Assembly (NCBI GenBank): GCA_015680685.1
Contig: MNCI01001919.1
Location: 129,437-193,436, forward strand
Origin: Gnetum montanum
Taxonomy: Eukaryota; Plantae; Gnetophyta
Reading direction: 5' to 3'
Length of the DNA stretch: 64,000 bases
The translations under genes and the position numbers were made by a program. Below, in pieces: positions 14,161 through 26,007 of this stretch. The notes under the pieces were generated by a model. The model made no database searches. It saw only the letters and a list, made by a program, of their open reading frames with translations, and was not told the DNA's origin. The number at the start of each line of letters is the position of its first letter. The stretch's first letter is position 1.

Positions 14161-14328
14161 GGGGCCTACAAGGGGCCTAACTACAACAACAAAAACACTA
14201 GGCAAAGGAAATAAAACATGCATCTTACCTTTCATTAAACTATAAATGAAATACATAGTTCAAAATTATATCCATATATAGAGTTGCAATATTTCCCAAC
14301 AATGGGGTTACATTTCAAACATTTTTTT

Positions 14329-16786
14329 TAAGTATCAATGTATAGGCTATGGCTTCTCTCCTTTGTATTTATTTGCCACTCCACTATGTCCTACATCTTC
14401 AACTGGATCTTGCATAGGCCAAGGAACAAAACAATAAATTGATGGATAAGTAAGAAAACATATGAGGTTATCATGAAATAAATTGTAATAGAGTAGACCT
14501 AACCAACCTGATATCGGTCTGCATCCATTTTTGGTAGTATTCTGTTAAGGCTAGATTCCAAGCACTAGAGGATTTCTTCCTCAATCAAATTAGCCCAGTC
14601 TTCCTCCCCTAATCCAATGCCTACTAAGATTTTCCCTTTCTCCATAGCTTTCCATGTGGGTGACCCCAAAGAAAATGTAGTAGAAGTGGCCTCCCTGGAA
14701 GGCATGATCATTTCCCTCTCTGGGGATTCACTAACCACTAAATGCTTCATAAATATGTTATAAGCATGGGTAGCACCAATTGTGTTAAGGAAAAACTCAT
14801 GACCTTGACATTCTATAGACTCATCTCTGTACTTTTGGTAGTAGGCAACACATTCCATTTTGTATATATGCTTATGATTATTTTGTGCTTTCCCCCATTC
14901 ATATACCTTGGCACTATAATCTTTTCAATCTTGGTTCTTTTAAGCCCTCCTTAATGATTTTATTGTCTTCACAGTGAGATGTGTCCCCCTCACTACATTT
15001 TGTGTGTTGGGGGGAGCCTCTCCAAGGCTATCATGTGCATGGAAGTATGGTCCTACCAAGTCCTTGATCATCATGGAAAAATACTTTCCAATAGCTTTTG
15101 GAGGATCCTGAGATCAAGTAGTGTAGAATATGTGGTGGATCCATGGCTTGGATATTTGGGTACGATCTTGTACCACCCATATCCCATTCTCTTGAACCAC
15201 CAAAAATTCTAAAAATTTGCACAAACATGCTATAAAAAATGCAAAGTGCACATGAGAACATGCCTCTAGTTTATTATGTAGCTTGATCATCTCAACTTGT
15301 AAGCCTTCCACAAGATATTTAGTGCAATTGTACCACATCCCCTCTTCCATGACATCTCTCATGATCCAGGCCTATTCTACCCCAAGAACATTTCCTTGGG
15401 AGAGTAGCTTGGGAAAATCATGAGCTTGAAAAATAGGGTAAATATCCTTGGCCACCTCTAATTTAAATTTTTTCATATAAATACCCTTGCAATCCTTATT
15501 AGTGCCTAGCCATTCTTCAATGTTCCCTCGGTGGTTCAAATCCTTGCTGGTCTTTTCACCCATGGGTAAACCATCAGAGGGAACACCAAAGAGATCTAAA
15601 AAGGGATCATCAATGATCTAAGAAATCACTCACACATTATAAACATGTGTGCAAAAATAGTCAGTGCTTTCCATAAAGGAATCAACAAGGGTAATCATTT
15701 CTGCTGCTAGGATGCTTAGGTTCATAGGCAAAAAGAGATCCATAAGCCTAGCCTCTTGAACATTTTGGACAATGTTTGCTAGGGAGGCATTGCATAACCA
15801 ACACTATGACTCCTCTACTTCATCATATTAAAAGAGAAGGTTAGCCTTAGTACGCCCTAAGGCAGTCATAGTAACCTCCTGGGACTTGGTTTCCATTGCA
15901 ATAGGTAAAAATAAAGTTAGTTGGGTAATAGACAAATAAATCATCATCAAGAATACATGAAAATAAACACATAGCATAACTTGCCTGGCACAAACAGTAT
16001 AGGGAATGTTGGTATTGGAATAGATACTTCTTCTGTAGTGGGTATCTAGCAGGATGTGCACTCCCCATCTAACCACCTAAGTTCTTAACACTTCGCATAA
16101 GATTTAGAGTACTTTGTCAGGTAAATCCTCATGTTTTTCCCTAGTTGCTCTATGACACCAGCCTGTATGTTCTCAGTAGATGAGAAATCTTGTAGGGACA
16201 TTTTGACCAAGGCCAATGCCCCTCTCTATCATGGAGACCATCCTTATCAATCAAAAATCTAGCAATAGTAAAATAGCAATAAGCATTTGAAATCATACAA
16301 GGAAAAAAATGAAATTTTCATTATCCCAATAAAGGCTTACCCTCTAGCAAAATAGATAGTTCCAGGTGGATTTTGAAAGGCTATGTGCATATGGCGCATG
16401 ATGAACAAAGTATTAAATTTATGATAGCATTTGAATTCTTGCATTTCCCAAATCTAATGCAAGGGTCTTAGACCTTTTAGGCGTTGACTCGAGCTCCCTA
16501 CCCTTTCACCCTTAGTAGGTCCATCTATCATGAATTTCAAAATGCCTCAGTTTTTCCTAGGTAATAAGGTCTCAACCAAGATGCCTACTACTTTAGCAAA
16601 TATGTGTGACCACATCATGATGCTAAAGTGGTGAAGCAAGAATTCCAAGAACTCTTGGGCACCCTCCTAGAACTAGACCGCCTAGTTCCCTACTCATGCA
16701 TGTGGTGCAGGGACATTGGGCATAGGGGTGCTTATATAGCATAAGACCCTTACAAGCTCAATTATGATGAGTATTGGCTTCAGCAT
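14329..16786 (-). pseudogene. Multi-exon antisense accessory gene of element A
   Basis: Exons are homologous to the B antisense gene (LFGVPSDGLPM vs LFGVPSNGLPI; HVHFAFFIACL vs NVHYAFFIACL; SKPWIHHIF vs SKPWITHIF; SPEREM in both). AT-rich introns at 16259-16340 (GT-AG), 15896-15984 (GC donor, acceptor decayed) and 14409-14507. Confidence 0.8.
16341..16786 (-). pseudogene. FCP1/NIF-family (UBLCP1-like) HAD phosphatase-like domain exon, catalytic residues absent
   Basis: One frame from ATG: MLKPILIIIELVRVLC...VGN*AV*F*EGAQEFLEFLLHHFSIMMWS...LKFMID...RPLH*IWEMQEFKCYHKFNTLFIMRHMHIAFQNPPGTIYF. Motif order matches the family (LLVLDxD, RPxxxEFL, IVIWS, FMLD, KPLxxIW, Y...NT..DD...NP). Recognised by eye only. 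Confidence 0.65.
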
Positions 16787-16879
16787 GACCCTTCATTATC
16801 ACATAAAAATGTTAGTATTGGAAAAAAAAGGTAATAAAAACACCAAAGGTAGTTGACAAATGACAAAAAAAAACTCTTT

Positions 16880-17240
16880 TTCCTCTAAAAAATTCTTCTA
16901 AGTGTCAATCACACTCTCGTGGAGCATGACAATTTGGAAACAAAAAATTCTTAAGTGTTGGTTATGCTCCTGTAGAGCATGATAGTTTTGAGGAAAAAAA
17001 TTTTCTATGTTGGTTATGCTCCCATAGAGTGTGAAAATTCTAGAGAAAATTTTTTTTATCATGTTCCATGGAGCATAAAAAACCTAAGACATAATCGAAT
17101 GAATTTTATTTAAGTGTCTATCATGCCCCTTTGGTGTCCCTCATAGCATAGCAGCTACATCCCATGTAGCATAGAAAGTGTAGCATAGAAACTGTCCTAC
17201 ATAGCGTAGCAGTTGTGTCCCATGTATCGTAGCAATTACA
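16880..17240 (+). repeat. Degenerate ~55 bp tandem units followed by GCRTAG-rich short repeats
   Basis: About four to five copies of aaaattttctaagtgt..tcatgctcc..tggagcatga, then tagcatagc/gtcccatg repeats. Confidence 0.65.
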
Positions 17241-18099
17241 CTTAACTAAAAACATGAACAAAGTTTGGACGACACTCCCAATGAGCATAGAAATGGAGGC
17301 ATGAAATTATTTTTCAACTTGCAAGTTACTCTATCAGGGATGCTGCAGAGCTTGAGAGCTAATGTGAGACACCTACAAAACCCTTGCCCTACTCCACCAT
17401 GAAAAACAAAAAAGAAAAAAATCCTATCATGCAACATGAAATGCATAGTTTCAAAAACCCTTCCCCATGTGCTACGCTACACAGGATGTGTAAAACCCCC
17501 ATTCTACAGCACTACATGGGACACAATAGAACCCTTGTCTCAACCAACCCTGTCTAGCACCTAGAAGCATGTGATGGAAACCCTTGCCATTACCACAATG
17601 TAGAACAAGAGGGAAAAGGGAAAAATTGTGCATGCACCACCTCCAACTATGGTGGCGGTGGTGGTGGCCATGATGTGATGGCCAAGACCATGGTAGTGGC
17701 AGCCACAGTGTAATGGCCGTAGCAGCCATGGCAAAGGTGACAACAACAATGGTCCCTGTTAAAAAAATAATAAAACAAAACAACACACAAGGAGGTTGTG
17801 TAACAACCTACCTAGCAAATGGTGCCTCTAGACATTCTCCAATGTATGCCCTTGGGAGACATTGTAGAATGCACTCACCTTCATCCACATTAGTGTGGCT
17901 AGGGTGTCTATGCTTATCTCTGCATGCCATTGATTCAATGTCAAGCTTTGGTTTTCATTGTTATGCTCTATGAGTGATACGCTCTACTCTGAACTATGCT
18001 ACGCTATGAACTATTAGCTTCAATGGTGAAAATGATAGGTTTACCATGGGTAAACCCCTATTTATACCCTTCCTGGTTATATGACACATCATCCTCCTA

Positions 18100-18240
18100 G
18101 GATGTTCTGTGTCCCATAAGTAATGTGGGATGCTTCATGTCCTACACGTAATGTAGGATGTTATGTGTCCCACGCATAATGCAAAACATTCTGTGTCCCG
18201 CATGTAGCATTAAATATCCCACATCCCATGTAGTGTAACA
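18100..18240. repeat. ~28 bp semi-palindromic tandem repeat (4-5 units)
   Basis: gatgttctgtgtcccataagtaatgtgg / gatgcttcatgtcctacacgtaatgtag / gatgttatgtgtcccacgcataatgcaa; TCCCA...TGGGA arms. Confidence 0.7.
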
Positions 18241-18628
18241 CATATATTTTCTTTAAAAAAATTTTAAAATTTTTTTACATTTCTTCTACGTATTAAAGGA
18301 ACATCTAGTTCAACCCCGTACTGCAAACCTTTCAAGTTTATCTTAAGATTTACACTTTATGCACACCACGATCTGATAAGACCTTAAATTGGCAGTTTCA
18401 AAATTTTGTTTACACTTCATAGTGATGGTCTACTAAGACCTTAAACTAGCCACTTTAAAATTCTGTTCATACTACACACATAGTGATGGTCTACTAAGAC
18501 CTTAAACTAGCAATTTTGAGATACTTCATAGTTACTTTATATGCACTTGATTTCATTTTGCTCTATTAGACAGGTACCACTTGATGCTTCTTTGGTTTTT
18601 TGGTCATTTTTCAGGATCATTTGGAAAA

Positions 18629-21600
18629 ATGAGTACACACGAGGATCTTTTTTTACCTTTAATCTTGATTGGACCCCATGGAAGACTCATGAGATGTATG
18701 AACATAGAGTTGGTGAACTTTGAATCACCTCCTTCTGACCTCAACATAGCATCCTTAGAAATGTTACTAGATTGGCGGGAACATCTAGTTCAGGCCCTAA
18801 ACTTAGAAGCTATTGATGTAACTGAAGATTTACTCATAGAAATCCACGTGATGACATGCAAGGGTGAGGCGAGAACACTAAAACTTACCTCTTTACTGGA
18901 GCCAAAAATCCAGTAGAATATCTCTAGAGTCCTCAATGATAATGTCAAAGTGTTTTCATGGTCTAATGAAGATATGCTAGGCTTAGAACTTTGCATAATA
19001 CAACACAACATTATCTTAGATCCACATGTCAAGGCATTTAAACAAAAATCTTGCAAAATTAAGCCATAAATTGCATTTTCCATATGCAATTAAATTACTA
19101 AACTCTACCAAGTTGGGTTCATCCACGCAATTGATTACACAAATTGGGTATCAAATATCATGGTTGTTCCTAAGAAAATTGGCGGTATACGCATCTACAT
19201 AGACTTTCAATATTTAAACAAGGAAACCATCGAAGATGATTTCCCATTGTCCAATATCGACCAACTTGTCAATACTACCACTACCAATGCCTTGTTATCC
19301 TTCATGGATGGGTTCTTAGGGTAGAACCAAATCTATATAAACCCATAACATCAACTTGCTACCACCTTCATGACCCCTTGGGGAACATTTTTTTATACGA
19401 TGATGCCATTTGGGCTAAAAAATGCTGGAGTAACATACTAACGTGCAATGACTTACATTTTTAATGATTATCTTTTAGAATAGCTAAATGACTATGTGGA
19501 AAATATAGCAGTCAAATCCAAGAAAGCTCCTAATCATGCAAGTGACTTGAACCTGGTCCTTCAATGCTACCATATGCATGACCTTTGTCTTAATCCCAAA
19601 AAATGTATCTTCAGCATGAAAACTAGGCATATGCTAGGCTTCATAGTATTAGAAATAGGAATACGTGTAGACCCAAACAAAGTTATGGCCATTATCAACT
19701 TAGCACCACTTGAAAACCTTAAAGAGCTATGCAGATTGCAAGGTAGGGTACAGTTCATAAGAAGGTTTGTCACAAGATTGACTGATAAGTTGCACCCAAT
19801 GCAACACCTACTCAAAAAAAGAGCCAACTTTAAGTGGACAAACTAATGCCAAGAGGCATTCGATAACTTGAAAAAAGAGCTTGTTCATCTCCCTACCATT
19901 CATCCTCCACAAAGAGATAAGCCTTTCTACATTTACCTTGCAACTTTAGATATGTCCATTTCTACCTTGCTCTATCAAAAGAGAGACAATGGTTCTGAGA
20001 AAAAATACAATGATGTAGAGAAAAATTGTCTTGCCTTAGTATTTGCACTCAAAAAATGGAGACATTACCTATTTCGTAACCAGGACAACATCATTTGCAA
20101 AAGTAATATACTTAGGGGGATTACAACCAACATATATGAATGTAGTAGAATAGCCAGATGGAAAGAAATAATGGTGGAATTTGACCTACATTTTGTAACG
20201 TAGTCATCGACAAAGGGTCAAGCAATAGCCACGCAACTTATGGCTTCACCTAAAAATGACCAGGCAACGATAGATCCTAAATTCCTAGATGAATATGTTA
20301 GCAGTAGAAGTCCAATACCTATAGACTTTGAGGCCATTTTACACTTTGAAAGTACCTCAACCACACAAGGTGGTAGTGTCGCTGCTTTTATCACACTTCC
20401 CTCCAGAGAGATCTAACCTTTCATGTACCACTTTGCATTTCTTTGCATAAATAATGTAGTAGAATATGAGGGTCTCCTTAAGGGAATTCTAGCAACTTAG
20501 GAGTTAGGGATCCAAAATATAACAATATGAGGTGATTCATAGTTAGTCATTAACCAAGTCACAGAGGTCTATGCCTATAAAGCACAACACTTGCAACCTT
20601 GCTATGATCTGGAAAAATGCTTACTGAAACAATTTGCAACCTTAGATGTTTAGCACATTCCCCACAATGAAAAAATTATAGCTAACGCATTGGCCACTTT
20701 AGCTTTAAGCATATCACCAAATATATTTTTTGCATTACCCACTTAAATAGTGGATTGCACAAACCCTATCATTCACATCACAAGTATCATGTCTGTAAGT
20801 GCAACCCACACTCAAGAATGGTATGATGACATCAAAGCATACCACCAACATGGTGAGCCTCCACAAACCTTAACATCTACCCAAAAGGACACAATGAGAA
20901 AATGAGCACAACAATATGTCCTCATAGGTGGCAATGCTTTATGTCGTAGATCTTATGACAAGATACTACTAACATGTGTTAGTGGCAATGAAGCACAATG
21001 AATCGTTGATCAAGCCCATGAGGAACTATGTGGAGGACATTTAGCTCCTAGGGAAATGGCAACAAAAATTAGACATCCAGGCTACTACTAGCCTTATATG
21101 GAACGTGATTATGTTTCCAACATCAAAACATGTGATGTATGCTAATGGCATGGGAATCTAATCCATATATCACCTACTAATTTGCACACTATGAAAATCA
21201 CATGGCCCTTTCAATGTTGGGGATTAGATATCATAGGGCCCATAATGCCTAATTCTTTTTTAGGACATAGCTTTATTATTACCACAACTGAGTATTTCAC
21301 GAAGTGGGTAGAAGCTATTCCCTTTAGGAAGACCACATCCCAACAGGTTTGCAAATTCATCTTGGAGAATATAGTAATCCAATTCAGCCTCCCTATGACT
21401 ATCATTACAAACAATGGGCCACAATTTAGTAGCATAGAAACTAAAGCTTTCTATGAAAACCTTGGCATTAAACACTCCTTCTTGTCACCATACTATCCTC
21501 AAGAAAATGGCCAAGTGGAAGCCACTAATCAGGCCATTGTCAACCTTCTAAAGAAGATGCTTAGTAATAGCAAATGACGATGGCATGAGTAACTCATCTA

Positions 21601-22047
21601 CGCACTTTGGGCCTACCACACAACATGTAGAATTGCAACAAGTAAGACACTATATAGTCTTGTATATGGATCTGAAGCAGTATTGCCTCTTGAATTTTAG
21701 GTCCCATTGCTTCACATGATCCTCTCAAACTTCATGGATGAGGCTCAAAATGAGTTGAGAATCATTGATTTTAACTCTATGGAGGAAGAGCACATCCAAA
21801 TGGTTAATTGCATCGAGTGGTATCAAGATAAAAAATGGCAAAAGCACCATCACAATCTGCACCAATGCCCAATCGAGAAAGGGGATCTAGTCCTCAAAGC
21901 TATTCGTTAACCCACGAACAAGTTCTTGGCTAACCAGGAAAGGCCTTTAAGGTGTATGAAAGTGGAGCTTTTAGGCTTGCTGACTTAGAAGACAATGAGT
22001 TTACAAATCTGGTTAACCACTTGTACCTGAATCTGTATTATACCTAA
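18629..22047 (+). pseudogene. pol: pol (RT-RNaseH-archaeal-type RNaseH-integrase) of element A
   Basis: WVSNIMVVPKK, MPFGLKNAG, YVEN (decayed YVDD), LNPKKCIF, EKNCLALVF, aRH NNVVEYEGLL and GDS, INT HEELCGGH, WGLDIIG, YYPQENGQVEATN. Confidence 0.93.
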
Positions 22048-22088
22048 CATGCAATATTGTGTCAATAATAAAGCAAGGTAAATAGAAC

Positions 22089-22395
22089 ATCTACTACAAC
22101 ATTAAATTGGCACAGAATTTCTGCAACAATGTTAAACTGGCACAAAACATCTACAATGACATTAAACTAGCACAGAAAATTTGATACAATGTTAAATTGG
22201 CATAGACCATCTACTATGATGTTAAACTAGCATAGAATGTCCTTGGCCCATGACATGAAACTGGCACCCACAACATGGTCTATTATGACTTTAAACTAGC
22301 ATAGCATGGTTTTCTTAGACCTTAAACTCAATTCACAGTTTGCTGGGACCTTAAACTAGCACAACCATTCATCTACCAAGACCTAAAATTGGGTT
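22089..22395 (+). repeat. Array of ~10 units (RTCTRCYAYGAYNTTAAACTRGCA) downstream of integrase, element A
   Basis: About 30 bp period; same unit family as B 40471-40955. Confidence 0.85.
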
Positions 22396-23913
22396 TGTAA
22401 TCTAGCATCTATGGTTCAACCTACAAGGTCTTGTGAACAAGTGAGCGACAATACTTTCCATCTTTCATTGCTTGCCCACACCTCCTGGGCAAGATGGGGT
22501 GGGATTTTGTAGTTCTAGAATGAAGTTCATGTTACGAAGGAAAATCCCTCTGGGGCATTTGCAATGTCATCATCCCTGGCATCTTGCTGATCCTCCGAAG
22601 ATGTTGTTGGGCATCTTTCTAACCTTTCAGAGCTACTACCACCATCATCAATCATCTTGGTCATAGCTCTCTTTGTCAACACCTCCCACTGAAGCCCCAA
22701 CAATATTGTGGCCCAGCCACAACGTTGCCATCCTACAACCCTCACCATTGTTAGAGTCTAGAAGAGCATTCAACAACTTGGCTTCTCACCTTGCTACTAA
22801 ATTTCCTGACTCCCACATTTGGTAAGGATTCTTGAGCACCTACATCATCATTACTCCTAGCCTCTTGAGTGTTCACTTCTAGTGTGGCTACGAGAGTTTT
22901 CCAACTTGCCACTACCAATGCTTGTACTATCTTTCCTACTTTGGACATTGCACACACCGAACATAGAACTTGTATCCCTTGTAGTGTCCTAGGTAGGAAG
23001 GACTTCACCCTCACTTCACATGGTGGTTGTTTTATCTAGTTTTATCTATGTTGTATTTGTAGGATAAAGATTGTATGACATCATTTAGAAATGCATTTCA
23101 CCATGAGAAGGAGACATTGCATTGTTCTAATGTACTCGCTTTAGTTGGCCTAGCTACTTGAGAGTGCATATCCTAATATCCCCTCAACTAACCTAACCTC
23201 TACCTCCTACTCTTGCAATTTTTAACATCCCTTGTAAGCTTCCCCAATGTACATGAAACCATTTCCTGCATTTAACCACTAAACCCATGATGGACGTAAC
23301 ACAACTTATCCCATGGGAAGCCTTTGTAGGCTAGTCAATGCCCCACTCGAATGTAACACAACTCATCCTAGGGAGGGAACACCTATCCTACAATGATGAT
23401 ATGGTTACCTTCAAGTGGATATGGGTGTGCAATTCTCCTACAAAAAAAAAAACAAAAAATAAGAAGAAAGAATAAAAATGAGAAAAGGAGAAAATGAGAC
23501 AAGATGGGTGCCCAAGTTAAATGGCATAGTTACTATTTCACAACTGTCTTAGCCCTAGATCGACCATCTCCAGCCACTCCAATGAGAGGTTGAAATCCAA
23601 AGGGAAAGACACCTATGCATGCTAACTCCATCACAAGCACTCTAATGAGGGATCATGTTATGAAAACATGCCATCGTGGCATTACATCTCATAGCTACCC
23701 ATTCCATCCAAACTATCCCTTGTCCCCCTAACCCATTCTTCCTAAACATATCCCCTAGTCCCTTCCACACTTCCATGCTTCACTTCCCTGGCACTCTCAA
23801 GCAATGTGAAGCATCATCTAAGTTGGCACTGATGAATGGTGTTATTTTCCTATTCATCATGGTGTTTTGTATTCTTTGTTGAAATCTCTCAGGCCAATAA
23901 TCCAGATGTGAAC

Positions 23914-23924
23914 AAAGAGGGGCC
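23914..23924 (+). promoter_or_regulatory. Polypurine tract, element A
   Basis: AAAGAGGGGCC directly before the 3' LTR; identical to the B PPT. Confidence 0.9.
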
Positions 23925-23926
23925 AA

Positions 23927-26002
23927 TGAAACACCACTAATTTTAGGCTCCTACGACTCAATAGTAAATTTGTCTATGTGTCAAAACTTGGACAAACTTT
24001 TTTCTAAGTTTGATGTTACATTATGTAGTGTAGACAACATAGCACCCTGGAAGTCCTAATGTTTGCAAAATTTTTCCTAAGTCTACTTGCTACGCTCCCT
24101 AGCATAGTTATCATAGCACCCATTCCCAAGGCCAGTCTACACAAATCTCAAGCCAAAAGTGGTCAAAAGGGCACTGAGGATGGACTTAACAATTTGGAAA
24201 ATTTTCTATCTTTCAGGTTGTCAAGCTTGCTACGCTCTCCAACTTGCCTAGATTAACACATGTCCCAATTTCCAATCCACCCAGGTGCCAGGCTAGGAGT
24301 TGTCAAAGATTCTCAAAATGGACAAAATAGTTTGGCAAATTTTCTATCTCTTGAGCTTGTTATGCTTTGCTATGCTACACAGCGTAGTAGAGCATAGCAC
24401 AGGTTTTGAGACTCAAATTTTCCTAAGTGTTGAACAATACATGGAAGGTGCATTTGGAAATTTTTCTACTTTCGAGGCTACCTATCCTACTTCATCCTTG
24501 GAGGGTGATCAATGTCCCATAAAGAAACATTGCAAGTTTTATCAAAATTCATACAGAATTGGTGCTACGCTCTACTATGCTGCATAGCATAGACACTGTA
24601 GTAGAGGTTCCAAAATTAGAAATTTTCTATGTATAGAATGAGAAGCTATCAGGCCATTCTGGCATGGAAGATGCACTTTTTGGTTGCTAGAGTTTCCTAT
24701 CTTCCCACATCCCAATGTTTCATTTTAAATTTTGATAAGATTCATTGTAAAATAGGTGCTACACCTTGCTAGGCTATGCAACGTAGATAGTGTAGCGGGC
24801 CAAAACTCCAAACTTTTTCCAAGTGTTTACATTACACTTCATCATGCTAGGTAGTGTAGATAGTGTAACACTTATAAAACACCTCAAAATGCCTCCAAAA
24901 GCTCCTATATCTTAGCATCGACCTTCATTTCAGCTCTAGCATCTCTCCGATGACCAAGATCAGTAGTTTTCTTTATTTTCTGCATGCCTTGGTAATCCCT
25001 AAAGTTGTTACTACACTTGATCCTACTCATAAGAGGAGGGAAGACATAGTCCTAGAGTGTAGGCTCCAAGTTACATGTATTTTGGGAATTTTTGTAGGTA
25101 CATGATAGTTCTTTAGATTTTTTCACATGCAGTTTGGGTAATATGGTCACTGTTTGACAAATCTTTAGTTCCTGTCCCTATCCTATAGTGCGTAGCATCA
25201 TTGAACTTAATACTTTGAAAATAGCACATCAGTGTGACACATTCACATTCATGCTAGGTGGGACTCAGGACACGTGGTGTCCAATCCACATCTCTCTTTA
25301 ACATTGGCTCTATAAATACCCCAATAATTTGCTCTCTAAGGATTGGCTTTAGCAGTTGGCTTTGGCAGAAGATTGGTGAACAAAATGTTGGTGAGTAGCA
25401 AATCTCAACATTGGAGCACTCCCTAGTGCCTACTTCACTTCCACACTTGATCATGATGCCTACATCCTACACCTGGACAGCATAACAATTGTTAATCTAG
25501 CAAGCTTCGGCTCCTTTACATTTGTTAGCACCACGTCCATAGTGTTCTAAGGATTGTGACCATACTACCTTGATGCACTGCTATGCCTATCTAACACTGC
25601 ATACTAGTTGTACACATCATTTAATCAAAAGTCACACTCCCCCAATCTTAGGGTCATTCCATTTCTCACCTAAACTCATTCCATTTTTCCTGTAGCATAT
25701 ATTTCAAATTGTTAGCATATTTATTTATTTCTATTGTCAATATGCATTAAGACACTTACATAGATGCACTCTTGTTGTTATACATGTTACACTCTTTGCT
25801 TTTTTTGACTCCCATGTGTGAGAATTTAAAACCAACATTTACAAATGGTTATTAGACACACATAAGTCCCTGTCTGATTAACTAGACCATATAGGATGCC
25901 CTATTTCTATTTCTCCAGCATGGCCCTCCCATGGACTCGGGGTTAAGTTGTATGTCTAATGACCTCTTGGTGTTCCAACCACCAACATTTTTAGATGCTA
26001 CA
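23927..26002 (+). repeat. 3' LTR of element A
   Basis: TG...CA termini; colinear with 8374-10443. Confidence 0.93.
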
Positions 26003-26007
26003 AATAG

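Larger units (their letters stand above)
8374..26002 (+). mobile_element. Full-length Ty3/Gypsy Tat-clade LTR retrotransposon (element A, 17.6 kb)
   Basis: Paired ~2.07 kb LTRs (TGAAACACCAC...GCTACA), TSD AAAAG 8369-8373 / AATAG 26003-26007, PBS, PPT, gag-PR and RT-RH-aRH-INT. Confidence 0.95.

Noticed and set aside
17472-17786. His-rich or hydrophobic ORFs in the A spacer
   Set aside because: They arise from GGT/GCC low-complexity sequence, are open in several frames and have no counterpart in B.
22089-22395. Hammerhead ribozyme / retrozyme units
   Set aside because: The GA..AAAC loop is reminiscent, but the CUGANGA core and three-stem layout are not present.
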